Shown in pieces: positions 37,828 through 47,238 of a stretch of 58,522 bases of DNA. The DNA is taken from NCBI GenBank assembly GCA_045643725.1, contig JAZRFQ010000011.1, positions 1 through 58,522 of the forward strand, in the 5' to 3' direction. This stretch comes from Eubacteriales bacterium (GTDB lineage: Bacteria; Bacillota; Clostridia; Oscillospirales; CAG-272). The position numbers and the translations under genes were made by a program. Under the pieces are notes generated by a model. It saw only the letters and a list, made by a program, of their open reading frames with translations, made no database searches and was not told the DNA's origin. Within the stretch, counting starts at the first letter, position 1; each line of letters opens with the position of its first letter.

Positions 37828-40200
37828 ATGCAAAAGAAAATCATAATTGGCATAGCGGCAGGAATTTTGATAGTCACAATACTGTCTTTTATCGTTGTTG
37901 TATGCGCATCAATATATATCGGTCGAACGGTTAGCTTCGATGAAGACGAGCGCCTTTTTAACGCGGCTAAAAGCGACACGTTGACGCGATTTTACGCTAA
38001 TGCAGGCGAATATGGAGAGAAATATACTCCTGTTGAAATCAGCGCGATTACAATGGGCGAAAACTTGAAAAGCTACTATTCGCTTGAAGAAATATCAGAA
38101 TCCCTCACTTGCGGAATTGTTGCCGTGGAGGATAAAGAGTTTTACGATCACGGAGGCGTTAATTTTAGGCGCACCGTGATGGCGGCGTTTAATCAAATAT
38201 TCAAGGTGAGCGATAGCTTTGGCGCATCTACTATAACACAGCAGGTAATTAAGAACATAAGCGGTGATAACGAGCACACCGTGAAAAGAAAGTTGTCGGA
38301 AATTTTTAGGGCCATTCGCATCGAGGAGAGTCACAGTAAGGACGAGATATTAGAGCTGTATCTAAATATCCTGCCCCTCGGCGATAACGTTATCGGTGTT
38401 GGCATGGGCGCGCTTCATTATTTCGGCAAAGAGCCGTCGGAGCTTTTGCCCGAGGAGGCGGCAGTATTGATCGCGCTGGCGAACGCACCATCGCTATATA
38501 GCCCGTACAACAATCCCGAAAAGTGCACGGCAAAGCGAAATACCGTTCTTCGTGTTATGGCAGAGGAGGAGGTAATAAGCACAGAGGGATACGAAAGTGC
38601 CGTAAAAGCAGAGATCAAGGTTTTGCCGCGCGATGGTGTGAGCGAGAATGTGTATTCTTGGTTCGTTGAAACGGTCATCGCAGAAGCGTCGCATGATTAT
38701 GCAAAAGCGCATGGTGTTTCAGAACAAGCCGCGCGTCTTATATTACTTGCTAGCGGATATAGCATTTATACAACGCAGAATCTTAACGTCCAGAGCGAGC
38801 TTGATAGGTATTTTCATAATCTTGACCATTTTCCTAATGAGGCGCAACAAGGGTTGGATTTCAGTATGGTAATTTCTGATTCTCAGACGGCAGATCTTCT
38901 CGCAATCGTCGGCTCGGTAGGCAACAAACAAGCAAATCTAATTACCAATCACGCGACAGTACCACATACTCCCGCGTCGACTTTAAAGCCGCTCGCGCTT
39001 TACGCCTCACTTATCGATAGTGGTGAGATCTCATGGTCCACCGTTTTCGATGACGTACCGCTTGAATTTATAGATGGTACGCGCCCATATCCTGCCAATT
39101 CGCCGAACGTCTATAATGGCTTAATCACGGTTAAAGAGGCACTTTGCACGTCAAAAAATACTATAGCAATGCGATTATATCAAATGCTGGGAGCAGAGCG
39201 GATATATAACAATTTGACAAATAACTTTGGGTTCAACATCGTCCGTAGCGAGTATAATACTAAAGGCGATAAGATCACAGATCTTGCCCCGGCACCTTTG
39301 GCACTAGGACAGTTATCACGAGGTATCAGTCTGCGTGAGCTTACCGAGGCCTACACAGTATTTCCATCGGAAGGCACTTTGAATGAAGGCAGAAGCTATA
39401 CACGCATCGTTGATTCGTCCGGCGAGATCGTTTTAGAAAAAGAATTAAAATCGAAGCAAGTATATAAGGCTGAAACCGCCGCAATAATGAATCAGCTTCT
39501 TATGAATGTAACCGATCATGGCACGGCTAAGACCATCACACTCGGCAATTTCATTGATACCGCAGGCAAGACGGGTACTTCTGGAGGCAATCTTGAGAAG
39601 CTTTTTGTTGGATACACACCGTATTTGACCGCCGGAATTCGAGTAAGCTACAACGATTCCAAAACTGCGGTTGGAGCGCTTGAAAAGACCCATCTTGAAA
39701 TTTGGGACGAGGTTATGACGGAAATACACGAAGAAATGCTTGACAAATATAGCGAGTGGAGTAAGAGCTTTTCTGTGGCAGAACTTGAATATCTGCCGTA
39801 TTGCAAGGACTCGGGACAACTATTTTCCGAAAGCTGTATGCTTGATCCGCGCGGCAGCAGAATAGAATACGGATATTTCACCGATAGTAACAAGCCACGC
39901 GAATTCTGCAACACTCACATCGAGGTTTACTATGATATAGAGACAGAGGCAATCGCTCATGAAGGGTGTCCCTCGGATTCGCTGATTAAAATAGCGCTTC
40001 TTGATGTGCCGTGGCGCGCTTTTCCTACAGAGATCTTAGTTGCTGATGCCGAGTACGTTTATCGCAGGGGAGATGATAATACGCCGCTTGCGAATAGCTT
40101 TGATTTGCCATATTTCCAAAACGCTCTGCCGCCTGATGTTTATGTAGGTAGGGGCGTGAAGAAAAAACAGTTTAATCACGCATGTTATCTTCACGATTAG
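37828..40200 (+). CDS. Class A penicillin-binding protein (transglycosylase + transpeptidase)
   Basis: N-terminal TM; EDKEFYDHGG, GASTITQQ, RKLSE; STLK (SxxK), SKN, KTG. Confidence 0.9.
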   Translation: MQKKIIIGIAAGILIVTILSFIVVVCASIYIGRTVSFDEDERLFNAAKSDTLTRFYANAGEYGEKYTPVEISAITMGENLKSYYSLEEISESLTCGIVAVEDKEFYDHGGVNFRRTVMAAFNQIFKVSDSFGASTITQQVIKNISGDNEHTVKRKLSEIFRAIRIEESHSKDEILELYLNILPLGDNVIGVGMGALHYFGKEPSELLPEEAAVLIALANAPSLYSPYNNPEKCTAKRNTVLRVMAEEEVISTEGYESAVKAEIKVLPRDGVSENVYSWFVETVIAEASHDYAKAHGVSEQAARLILLASGYSIYTTQNLNVQSELDRYFHNLDHFPNEAQQGLDFSMVISDSQTADLLAIVGSVGNKQANLITNHATVPHTPASTLKPLALYASLIDSGEISWSTVFDDVPLEFIDGTRPYPANSPNVYNGLITVKEALCTSKNTIAMRLYQMLGAERIYNNLTNNFGFNIVRSEYNTKGDKITDLAPAPLALGQLSRGISLRELTEAYTVFPSEGTLNEGRSYTRIVDSSGEIVLEKELKSKQVYKAETAAIMNQLLMNVTDHGTAKTITLGNFIDTAGKTGTSGGNLEKLFVGYTPYLTAGIRVSYNDSKTAVGALEKTHLEIWDEVMTEIHEEMLDKYSEWSKSFSVAELEYLPYCKDSGQLFSESCMLDPRGSRIEYGYFTDSNKPREFCNTHIEVYYDIETEAIAHEGCPSDSLIKIALLDVPWRAFPTEILVADAEYVYRRGDDNTPLANSFDLPYFQNALPPDVYVGRGVKKKQFNHACYLHD

Positions 40201-40251
40201 CCTTTACTTTTTTTCGCCATTATGATATAATCTACACGCGGAGGCTTGTTT

Positions 40252-40761
40252 ATGGATCTTGAAATAATTTACAGTAATAGAAAAACGATCTCCATCACCG
40301 TGAAAGAGGGGAGAGTGATCGTCCGTGCGCCGAGGGGTATCTCTCAAGCGCGCATCGATTCGTTCATTAATAAAAATCTCGCGTGGATAGAAAAACGAAT
40401 AGAAATAACCAAGAATCAGCACGATCCGATAGCTTCGATGACCGATGCGCAGATCAAGCGACTTCGTGAATTGGCGCGAACTTATCTGACGGCAAAAACG
40501 GAAGAATACTCCGAAATTATGGGTTTAAAATTTGGCAGAATAACGATAACGGGAGCAAAAACTCGCTTCGGTTCCTGCTCGTCAAAGGGTAACATCTCCT
40601 ATTCTTATCGTTTGATGCTATATCCCGAGGCGGCAATAGACTATGTTGTTGTGCATGAGCTTGCACACCTTGTGGAGATGAATCACTCGCGTCGTTTCTA
40701 TGCGATAGTTGAGAAGGTTCTGCCGGATTACAAGGAGCGAGTTAAGCTGCTGAAAAAATAA
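40252..40761 (+). CDS. YgjP/DUF45-like (M48 family) metal-dependent hydrolase
   Basis: TRFGSCS, DYVVVHELAHL..NHS..F. Confidence 0.85.
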   Translation: MDLEIIYSNRKTISITVKEGRVIVRAPRGISQARIDSFINKNLAWIEKRIEITKNQHDPIASMTDAQIKRLRELARTYLTAKTEEYSEIMGLKFGRITITGAKTRFGSCSSKGNISYSYRLMLYPEAAIDYVVVHELAHLVEMNHSRRFYAIVEKVLPDYKERVKLLKK

Positions 40762-40788
40762 AAAGGATGCAAAAACTGCATCCTTTTT
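40760..40788. terminator. Bidirectional terminator
   Basis: AAAAAGGATGCA / TGCATCCTTTTT between convergent genes. Confidence 0.8.
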
Positions 40789-40789
40789 G

Positions 40790-41248
40790 TCATATTTCAA
40801 GAGTGTGCGATACAAGCTTGTCTCCCTCGTAGACGAGCTTAAGAGAGAAAAATCGTTTTTCGGTGTCGAGCAGCTTCAGGAAGATCTTATCTCCCTCCCA
40901 CATAGGAAGCGACAATAATTCTTCTTTTTTGATCCACTCCAGCACGCCTTCATTACAATCTTGCTTTATATCGCCGGTATATTCGGTTGCGGAGAACAAA
41001 TGCATATATTCAGTGCCATAAAGATCAGATACGAATGTTATTATTCCACGGTAATGCGGTGAGGGGAGTGTAAGCCCGGTCTCCTCGATGACCTCACGGC
41101 GTACACAATCAAATGGGGATTCGCCCTCTTCGAGTTTTCCTCCGATTCCTATCCATTTATCCTTATTCATATCATATTCTTTCTTGATACGGTGCAGCAT
41201 AAGGTATGCACAGTCTTTTTCTATATAGCAAAGAGTAGTATTAAACAT
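40790..41248 (-). CDS. NUDIX hydrolase (MutT/MutX-like 8-oxo-dGTP diphosphatase)
   Basis: GGKLEEGESPFDCVRREVIEETG Nudix box; ATG 41248 after GAAAGGA. Confidence 0.9.
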   Translation of the reverse strand: MFNTTLCYIEKDCAYLMLHRIKKEYDMNKDKWIGIGGKLEEGESPFDCVRREVIEETGLTLPSPHYRGIITFVSDLYGTEYMHLFSATEYTGDIKQDCNEGVLEWIKKEELLSLPMWEGDKIFLKLLDTEKRFFSLKLVYEGDKLVSHTLEI

Positions 41249-41352
41249 CAGCGACTTCCTTTCTTGTAACACTAGTATTTTATCACAAACAAAAGACTTT
41301 TTCAAGCGGTTAAAAATATTTGTAAATAAAATGTTATATTTAATAAAATGTC

Positions 41353-41397
41353 TTGACATTTTCGAACTTTCTGTTATAATAGTTAAGTGTTTAATTA
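41353..41397 (+). promoter_or_regulatory. Sigma-A promoter with putative MarR operator
   Basis: TTGACA-16 bp-TATAAT followed by near-palindrome TAGTTAA-GTGT-TTAATTA (41380-41397). Confidence 0.6.
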
Positions 41398-41424
41398 TTA
41401 ACGTCTAAATGAAGGAAGGGCAAG

Positions 41425-41880
41425 ATGTCAGAAAATAAGATATTTACCGCGGTAAATATGATGATGCAGACAGATAAGATGCATCGCTGTCTTTTAGAGT
41501 TCAAGGCTAAAGATTTTGGTATGCACGTCACGAGCCATAGAGTTCTTATGCATTTGGCGCGATTTGATAAGCTACCGTCGCAAAAGGAGCTCGCCGATAG
41601 GCTATCTATAACGCCTGCGGCGGTGACGGGAATCTTGAAACGTCTTGAGGCGGAGCAGTACATTGAGCGTACTCTTGGCACAGACAATAGGTATAATGAG
41701 ATTTCCATAACCGATAAGGGAAGAGCTGTGGTCGATGATACACGCTTGACCTTTGGCAATGCCGATAGAGCACTTTTTGAGGACTTCTCGGATGAGGAAC
41801 TTGATGTTTACGTTAGGTGCCTTGAGAAGATGCAAGCAAATATTAGAAAGCAATTACCCGAAGAAAGGAAAAAGCAATGA
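41425..41880 (+). CDS. MarR family transcriptional regulator
   Basis: SQKELADRLSITPAAVTGILKRLE..DNR..ITDKG. Confidence 0.92.
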   Translation: MSENKIFTAVNMMMQTDKMHRCLLEFKAKDFGMHVTSHRVLMHLARFDKLPSQKELADRLSITPAAVTGILKRLEAEQYIERTLGTDNRYNEISITDKGRAVVDDTRLTFGNADRALFEDFSDEELDVYVRCLEKMQANIRKQLPEERKKQ

Positions 41881-43610
41881 AAAGATGGATGAAATACGTA
41901 AAGCCGTACCTTAAATCCTTCATACTAGGTCCTCTTGGTATGATTATAGAGGTTATAGGCGAGATGTTCATGCCGCTTCTCTTGGCGGTAATGATAAATA
42001 AAGGCGAGGAAGGCACGCTCGATGAGGCAACAAGCATAGGTATCGCCGCTGTTCTTATCGGCATCGTGCTTCTTATGATGGCAGGCGGTGTTGCGGGCGC
42101 ATACTTCGGCGCGAAGGCGTCGGTCAACTTTGCCGCTGACCTCAGGCGCGACGTATATGCAAAGGTGCAGAAATACTCGTTTGCCAATATTGATAAGTTT
42201 TCTGCCAGCTCGCTCGTTACTCGTATGACTAACGACGTAACTCAGCTTCAGAACTTCGTCAATATGTTACTTAGAATGGCCCTCCGTTCCCCCGGAATGC
42301 TGATCGGTGGTATAGTTATGGCAATAATGCTCAAGCCTACGCTGTCAGTCGTTCTTGCGGTCACAATTCCTCTTATGATAATCGTTATCGCTCTGCTTAT
42401 TAAGATAAGCTTCCCGCGCTTTAACGTGATGCAGAAGAAGATTGATAAGCTTAACTCCACGGTAAGAGAGAACGTTACGAATGTCAGAGTCGTTAAGTCT
42501 TTTGTTAGAGAAGACTTCGAGACCGAGAAATTCGAGCGCGATAATAAGGATCTCAAGGACGCAGGAATGAGAGCTATCAAGCTCGTCGTTATGATGTTCC
42601 CCGTGATGAATTTCTTTATGTATGCCACAGTTATTGCGGTAATTTGGACAGGACACGGTATCGTTCTTGATGGCGGTATGGAGGTTGGAGATCTTAGCGC
42701 ATTTGTTAGCTATACAACCATGATACTTTCTTCCTTGATGATGGTTACTATGCTTCTTATGACTGCGTCTCGTGCTATGGCTTCTGCTCGCAGAATCAGC
42801 GAGGTTCTTGATGAGAAAGTTGATATTGCCGATACAGAATATGCTGATTTTGGCAGAAAAGTTGAGGTAGGAAACATCGAGTTCAAGAACGTTAGCTTTA
42901 GATATTACAAGAATAGCGAAGAGGCCGTTCTTGATAATATCAACCTTAATATCAAGGCGGGCTCGACTGTAGGAATTATTGGATCTACCGGATGCGGGAA
43001 AACGACACTCATATCTATGATCCCCCGTCTCTATGATGTCGATGCCGGTGAGGTTTTGATTGATGGAGTTAACGTAAAGGATTATTCTCTTGAGAACCTT
43101 CGCGACGGTATTGGAATAGTTCTTCAGAAGAATCTTCTTTTCTCCGGAAGTATAGAGTACAACCTCCGTTGGGGCGACGCTAATGCTAGCGAGGAAGAGG
43201 TCGTAAGAGCTGCAAAGCATTCCGCCGCAGATAAGTTTGTGACTTCCTTTAGCGATGGATATGATACACTTCTTGATAAGGGCGGTATGAATCTGTCCGG
43301 AGGTCAGAAGCAGAGACTCTGTATCGCAAGAGCGCTTCTCAAGAAGCCGAAGATCCTTATTCTTGATGATTCGACAAGTGCTGTTGATACAGCAACCGAG
43401 GCACAGATTCGCGAGGCGTTTGCTACCGATCTTCCCGATTGCACCAAGATTATTATTGCGCAGAGAATAAGCTCTGTTAAATATGCGGATACCATCGTAG
43501 TTATGAATGACGGCAGAATTACCGGAATAGGCACTCACGATGAGTTGCTTGAATCTAACGAAGAATACAGCGAGATATACTACTCGCAGATGGACAAGAA
43601 GGGTGCGTGA
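41877..43610 (+). CDS. Heterodimeric ABC exporter subunit (TMD+NBD, degenerate site)
   Basis: GSTGCGKT, LSGGQKQR, ILDDS (non-canonical Walker B), AQR. Confidence 0.92.
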   Translation: MKRWMKYVKPYLKSFILGPLGMIIEVIGEMFMPLLLAVMINKGEEGTLDEATSIGIAAVLIGIVLLMMAGGVAGAYFGAKASVNFAADLRRDVYAKVQKYSFANIDKFSASSLVTRMTNDVTQLQNFVNMLLRMALRSPGMLIGGIVMAIMLKPTLSVVLAVTIPLMIIVIALLIKISFPRFNVMQKKIDKLNSTVRENVTNVRVVKSFVREDFETEKFERDNKDLKDAGMRAIKLVVMMFPVMNFFMYATVIAVIWTGHGIVLDGGMEVGDLSAFVSYTTMILSSLMMVTMLLMTASRAMASARRISEVLDEKVDIADTEYADFGRKVEVGNIEFKNVSFRYYKNSEEAVLDNINLNIKAGSTVGIIGSTGCGKTTLISMIPRLYDVDAGEVLIDGVNVKDYSLENLRDGIGIVLQKNLLFSGSIEYNLRWGDANASEEEVVRAAKHSAADKFVTSFSDGYDTLLDKGGMNLSGGQKQRLCIARALLKKPKILILDDSTSAVDTATEAQIREAFATDLPDCTKIIIAQRISSVKYADTIVVMNDGRITGIGTHDELLESNEEYSEIYYSQMDKKGA

Positions 43611-43614
43611 GAGT

Positions 43615-45573
43615 ATGGCAAGAACACTCGAAGAACTTAAAAAGCAATACAATAGCGTCTCTCACGGCGAGTCGCTTCGAGGACCCGGCCCCGGAAGAGG
43701 TCCCGGTCCGCGCGCGAAAGGAAAGCCCAAGAATATTGGCAAGACGGTAGGTCGTCTCCTTTCTTACGTTGGAAAGTATAAGTTTAGACTGATTTTGGTC
43801 TTCCTTTGTATGCTTTTGACAACGGTATCATCGCTTTGCGGAGGATATCTTATTGCTCCAATAATTAACAGAATCACCTTGGCGGTTAGCCCTGATACAG
43901 TATTGAAGCCCAGTGCGATCGCTGAGTTTGCCGACAAAATAATCGAGGCTTTCATATCCACGCCTTTCATATCCTCGCTTATGGGCAGTACGGCGAGGGA
44001 AATCACCGTTTACGTTTTTGGCGCATTGATTATTCTTGCGTCGGTATATGGTATATCGGCCTTTGGTAGCTACCTTCAGGCACGTCTGATGGTATCTGTA
44101 TCGCAGAATTCCATCAAAGCAATACGTGATGATCTGTTTGCAAAGCTTCAGACTCTCCCCGTGAGATATTTTGATTCACATCCCACCGGAGAGATCATGA
44201 GCCGCTTTACCAATGATGTCGATAACATCGACGTTATGCTTAACAACTCGTTGACGTCTATCGTGAGCGGTGTTATCAGCCTTCTTGGTACGTTTGTATT
44301 TATGCTTACTACAAACATTTGGCTTACAATTATCACTATCGTTTTCATTCCGATCCTTATTTATGCCGCAGGTGTAATAGGCAAAAACTCCGCCAAGTAC
44401 TACGGCGCACAGCAGGCAGCTATCGGTGCAGTAAATGGTTACATTGAAGAAACCATCAGCGGTCAAAAGGTAATTAAGGTATTCAACCACGAGGATGAGT
44501 GCATCGATGAGATGCATACACTTAACGAGGATCTTCGTGACAAGCAGGAGAAGGCGCAGTTCTGGGGAGGCGTAACCGGTCCCATTATGCATAACATCAG
44601 CTTGATTTGTTATGCAATAACTCTCGGCATTGGTGGTCTTCTTATCGTATGGAAAGGATTTACTCCCGGCGAGTTGACCGTTTTCGCAGATTACTCCAAA
44701 CGTTTCTCAATGCCTATAAGTCAGCTTTCTATGCAGGTCTCTACGCTCTTTGCGGCACTTGCGGGAGCAGAGCGAGTATTCAAGGTTATGGATGCAGATC
44801 CCGAAGAAGCGGATGCTCTCGATGCTACCGTAGATGAGATTCAGGGACACGTTATTCTCAATGACGTTACCTTCGGATATAATCCTGATAAGGTAGTTCT
44901 CAAGAACATTTCTCTCTATGCAAAGCCTGGACAGAAGATTGCGTTTGTTGGATCTACCGGTGCTGGTAAGACTACCATTACCAACCTTCTCAACCGTTTC
45001 TATGATATTCAGTCGGGTGAGATAACTATTGATGGTAAGCCGCTCAAATCCTATAGCAAAGACCATTTGCGTCGTAATATTGCTATGGTGCTTCAGGACA
45101 CGCATTTGTTTACTGGCACCGTACGCGAGAATATTCGTTACGGTAGACTTGATGCAACCGATGAGGAGGTAATTGCGGCGGCAAAGACCGCAAGTGCTCA
45201 CAGCTTCATTATGAGGCTTGAGAATGGCTATGACACCATTCTTGAGGGCGACGGTGCAAATCTTTCGCAGGGACAGCGTCAGCTCCTTAACATCGCTAGA
45301 GCCGCACTTTCCAAAGCACCTATTCTCGTTCTTGACGAGGCGACTTCTTCGGTCGACACCAGAACCGAGCGCCATATTGAGCACGGTATGGATAGGCTTA
45401 TGAAGGACAGAACAACCTTCGTTATTGCGCATCGTCTTTCTACCGTCAGAAACGCCAACGCCATTATGGTCCTTGAAAAAGGTGAAATAATTGAGCGAGG
45501 CGATCACAACGATCTTCTTGCACAGAAGGGAAGATATTACGAGCTCTACACAGGCTTGAAGGAATTAGATTAA
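43615..45573 (+). CDS. Heterodimeric ABC exporter subunit (TMD+NBD)
   Basis: GSTGAGKT, LSQGQRQ, LDEATS, AHRL. Confidence 0.92.
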   Translation: MARTLEELKKQYNSVSHGESLRGPGPGRGPGPRAKGKPKNIGKTVGRLLSYVGKYKFRLILVFLCMLLTTVSSLCGGYLIAPIINRITLAVSPDTVLKPSAIAEFADKIIEAFISTPFISSLMGSTAREITVYVFGALIILASVYGISAFGSYLQARLMVSVSQNSIKAIRDDLFAKLQTLPVRYFDSHPTGEIMSRFTNDVDNIDVMLNNSLTSIVSGVISLLGTFVFMLTTNIWLTIITIVFIPILIYAAGVIGKNSAKYYGAQQAAIGAVNGYIEETISGQKVIKVFNHEDECIDEMHTLNEDLRDKQEKAQFWGGVTGPIMHNISLICYAITLGIGGLLIVWKGFTPGELTVFADYSKRFSMPISQLSMQVSTLFAALAGAERVFKVMDADPEEADALDATVDEIQGHVILNDVTFGYNPDKVVLKNISLYAKPGQKIAFVGSTGAGKTTITNLLNRFYDIQSGEITIDGKPLKSYSKDHLRRNIAMVLQDTHLFTGTVRENIRYGRLDATDEEVIAAAKTASAHSFIMRLENGYDTILEGDGANLSQGQRQLLNIARAALSKAPILVLDEATSSVDTRTERHIEHGMDRLMKDRTTFVIAHRLSTVRNANAIMVLEKGEIIERGDHNDLLAQKGRYYELYTGLKELD

Positions 45574-45578
45574 CAAAA

Positions 45579-45610
45579 AGGCGAGTCCGAACGGACTCGC
45601 CTGATTTTTT
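45579..45610. terminator. Terminator between the ABC operon and gltX
   Basis: AGGCGAGTCCG / CGGACTCGCCT perfect stem flanked by A and T runs. Confidence 0.8.
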
Positions 45611-45641
45611 AATATTGAGTTTTATTTTGGGGCAGAAGTCT

Positions 45642-47087
45642 TTAAGCGAGCTTTGCAAGTGCTACATCGATTCTCGAAAGAGACTCTTCCTTACCGATAA
45701 CCTCCATGATTTCGGTAGCTCCGCCGGGAGTGGCCGAGAGGCCGGAAACTGCAATACGGATGCACCACATAAGGGTGCCGGTCTTGATTGCAAGCTTTTC
45801 AGCGATGGGCATAAGTGCCGCGAAGAGAGTGTCGTTATCAAAGCTATCAACACCGGTGAGCACATCCTTTGCCTCACAAAGAACGGTCTTAACGATCTCG
45901 AAGTCGGCAATCTTGTTCTTCTTGTTGAGGAAGAGCTCCTTGTCATACTCGGGAAGCGCGAGGAAGAATGCCATCTTCTCATCCATATCGGAGAGCTTTG
46001 CGATTCTGGTCTTGAGAAGAGCGAACATCTTATCCTTGTTAATGCTTGCGGGAATGTCGGATTTAATAAATCCGGCTACTTTCTCGTTGAAATCTGCATC
46101 ATCGAGCTTGTGAATATACTCACCGTTGAACCACAGAAGCTTCTCAAAGTCGAATACTGAAGGGGATTTAGAGACACCGTCAATGGTGAAAGCATCCTTC
46201 AGCTCATCAAGGTTGAAGAACTCCTGCTCGCCACCCTTGGGGCACCAACCGAGAAGGGAGATGTAGTTGATTATAGCCTCGGGAAGATAACCGTCCGCTA
46301 CGAGATCCTGGAAAGAAACCGCACCGTGACGCTTGGAGAGCTTGGAAATGTTGCCCTCCGCATCTTTACCCATAAGCAGGGGGAGGTGAACGTATACAGG
46401 TCTTTCCCATCCGAAAGCATCGTAGAGAAGAACGTACTTAGGAGTAGATGTAAGATATTCAGATCCACGTACAACGTGAGTAACACCCATAAGATGATCG
46501 TCTATTACGTGGCAGAAATTGTATGTAGGATAGCCGTCAGCCTTCATAAGAATCTGATCCTGCAGTTCCTCGTTGTTCATCGAAATGTCGCCGAAGACCT
46601 CATCGTGATAGGAGGTAACGCCTTCGGTAGGCATCTTCTGACGGATAACAAAGGGGATGCCGGCCTTGAGATTAGCCTCGACCTCTTCTTTGGAAAGGTT
46701 ACGGCAATGACGGTCGTATCCACCGAGTGCATCATCCTCGTGAAGCTGTTCAAGTCTTTCCTTGGTACAGAAGCAATAGTATGCCGCGCCCATATCAACG
46801 AGCTTTTTTGCATACTCCATATATATTTCCTTACGCTCAGACTGAACGTAAGGGCCGTGATCGCCGCCAACGTCAGGACCTTCGTCATAGTTGAGTCCGG
46901 TGAGTTTGAGAGTAGACTTGATTACGTCAACCGCTCCTTCAACGAGTCTCTCACGATCGGTGTCTTCAATACGAAGAATGAATGTACCTGCGTCATGCTT
47001 TGCGATAAGGTAGGCATAGAGCGCCGTTCTGAGGTTTCCGATATGCATATAGCCCGTAGGACTGGGGGCAAATCTGGTTACTGTCAT
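45642..47087 (-). CDS. gltX: Glutamate-tRNA ligase
   Basis: RFAPSPTG, HIGN, RIEDTD, KLSKR. Confidence 0.96.
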   Translation of the reverse strand: MTVTRFAPSPTGYMHIGNLRTALYAYLIAKHDAGTFILRIEDTDRERLVEGAVDVIKSTLKLTGLNYDEGPDVGGDHGPYVQSERKEIYMEYAKKLVDMGAAYYCFCTKERLEQLHEDDALGGYDRHCRNLSKEEVEANLKAGIPFVIRQKMPTEGVTSYHDEVFGDISMNNEELQDQILMKADGYPTYNFCHVIDDHLMGVTHVVRGSEYLTSTPKYVLLYDAFGWERPVYVHLPLLMGKDAEGNISKLSKRHGAVSFQDLVADGYLPEAIINYISLLGWCPKGGEQEFFNLDELKDAFTIDGVSKSPSVFDFEKLLWFNGEYIHKLDDADFNEKVAGFIKSDIPASINKDKMFALLKTRIAKLSDMDEKMAFFLALPEYDKELFLNKKNKIADFEIVKTVLCEAKDVLTGVDSFDNDTLFAALMPIAEKLAIKTGTLMWCIRIAVSGLSATPGGATEIMEVIGKEESLSRIDVALAKLA

Positions 47088-47238
47088 TTTATAGTCCTCT
47101 TTTCAAAAATTCTTTTATTATTTTAACACAAATTTAAAAAATAGTCAATCACATAAACAAAAAATATTTGACAGTTTATGATAAAATATAGTATAATATA
47201 TCTGAAAAATGCTATTTTACTGCACGGGAGAGAATTTT

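Noticed and set aside
41362-41376. CGAAC half-site resembling a LexA box in the MarR promoter
   Set aside because: Spacing and second half-site do not fit GAAC-N4-GTTC
43678-43715. GPGPGRGPGP low-complexity repeat
   Set aside because: Common Gly/Pro-rich N-terminal leader of this ABC exporter subfamily, not a DNA repeat element
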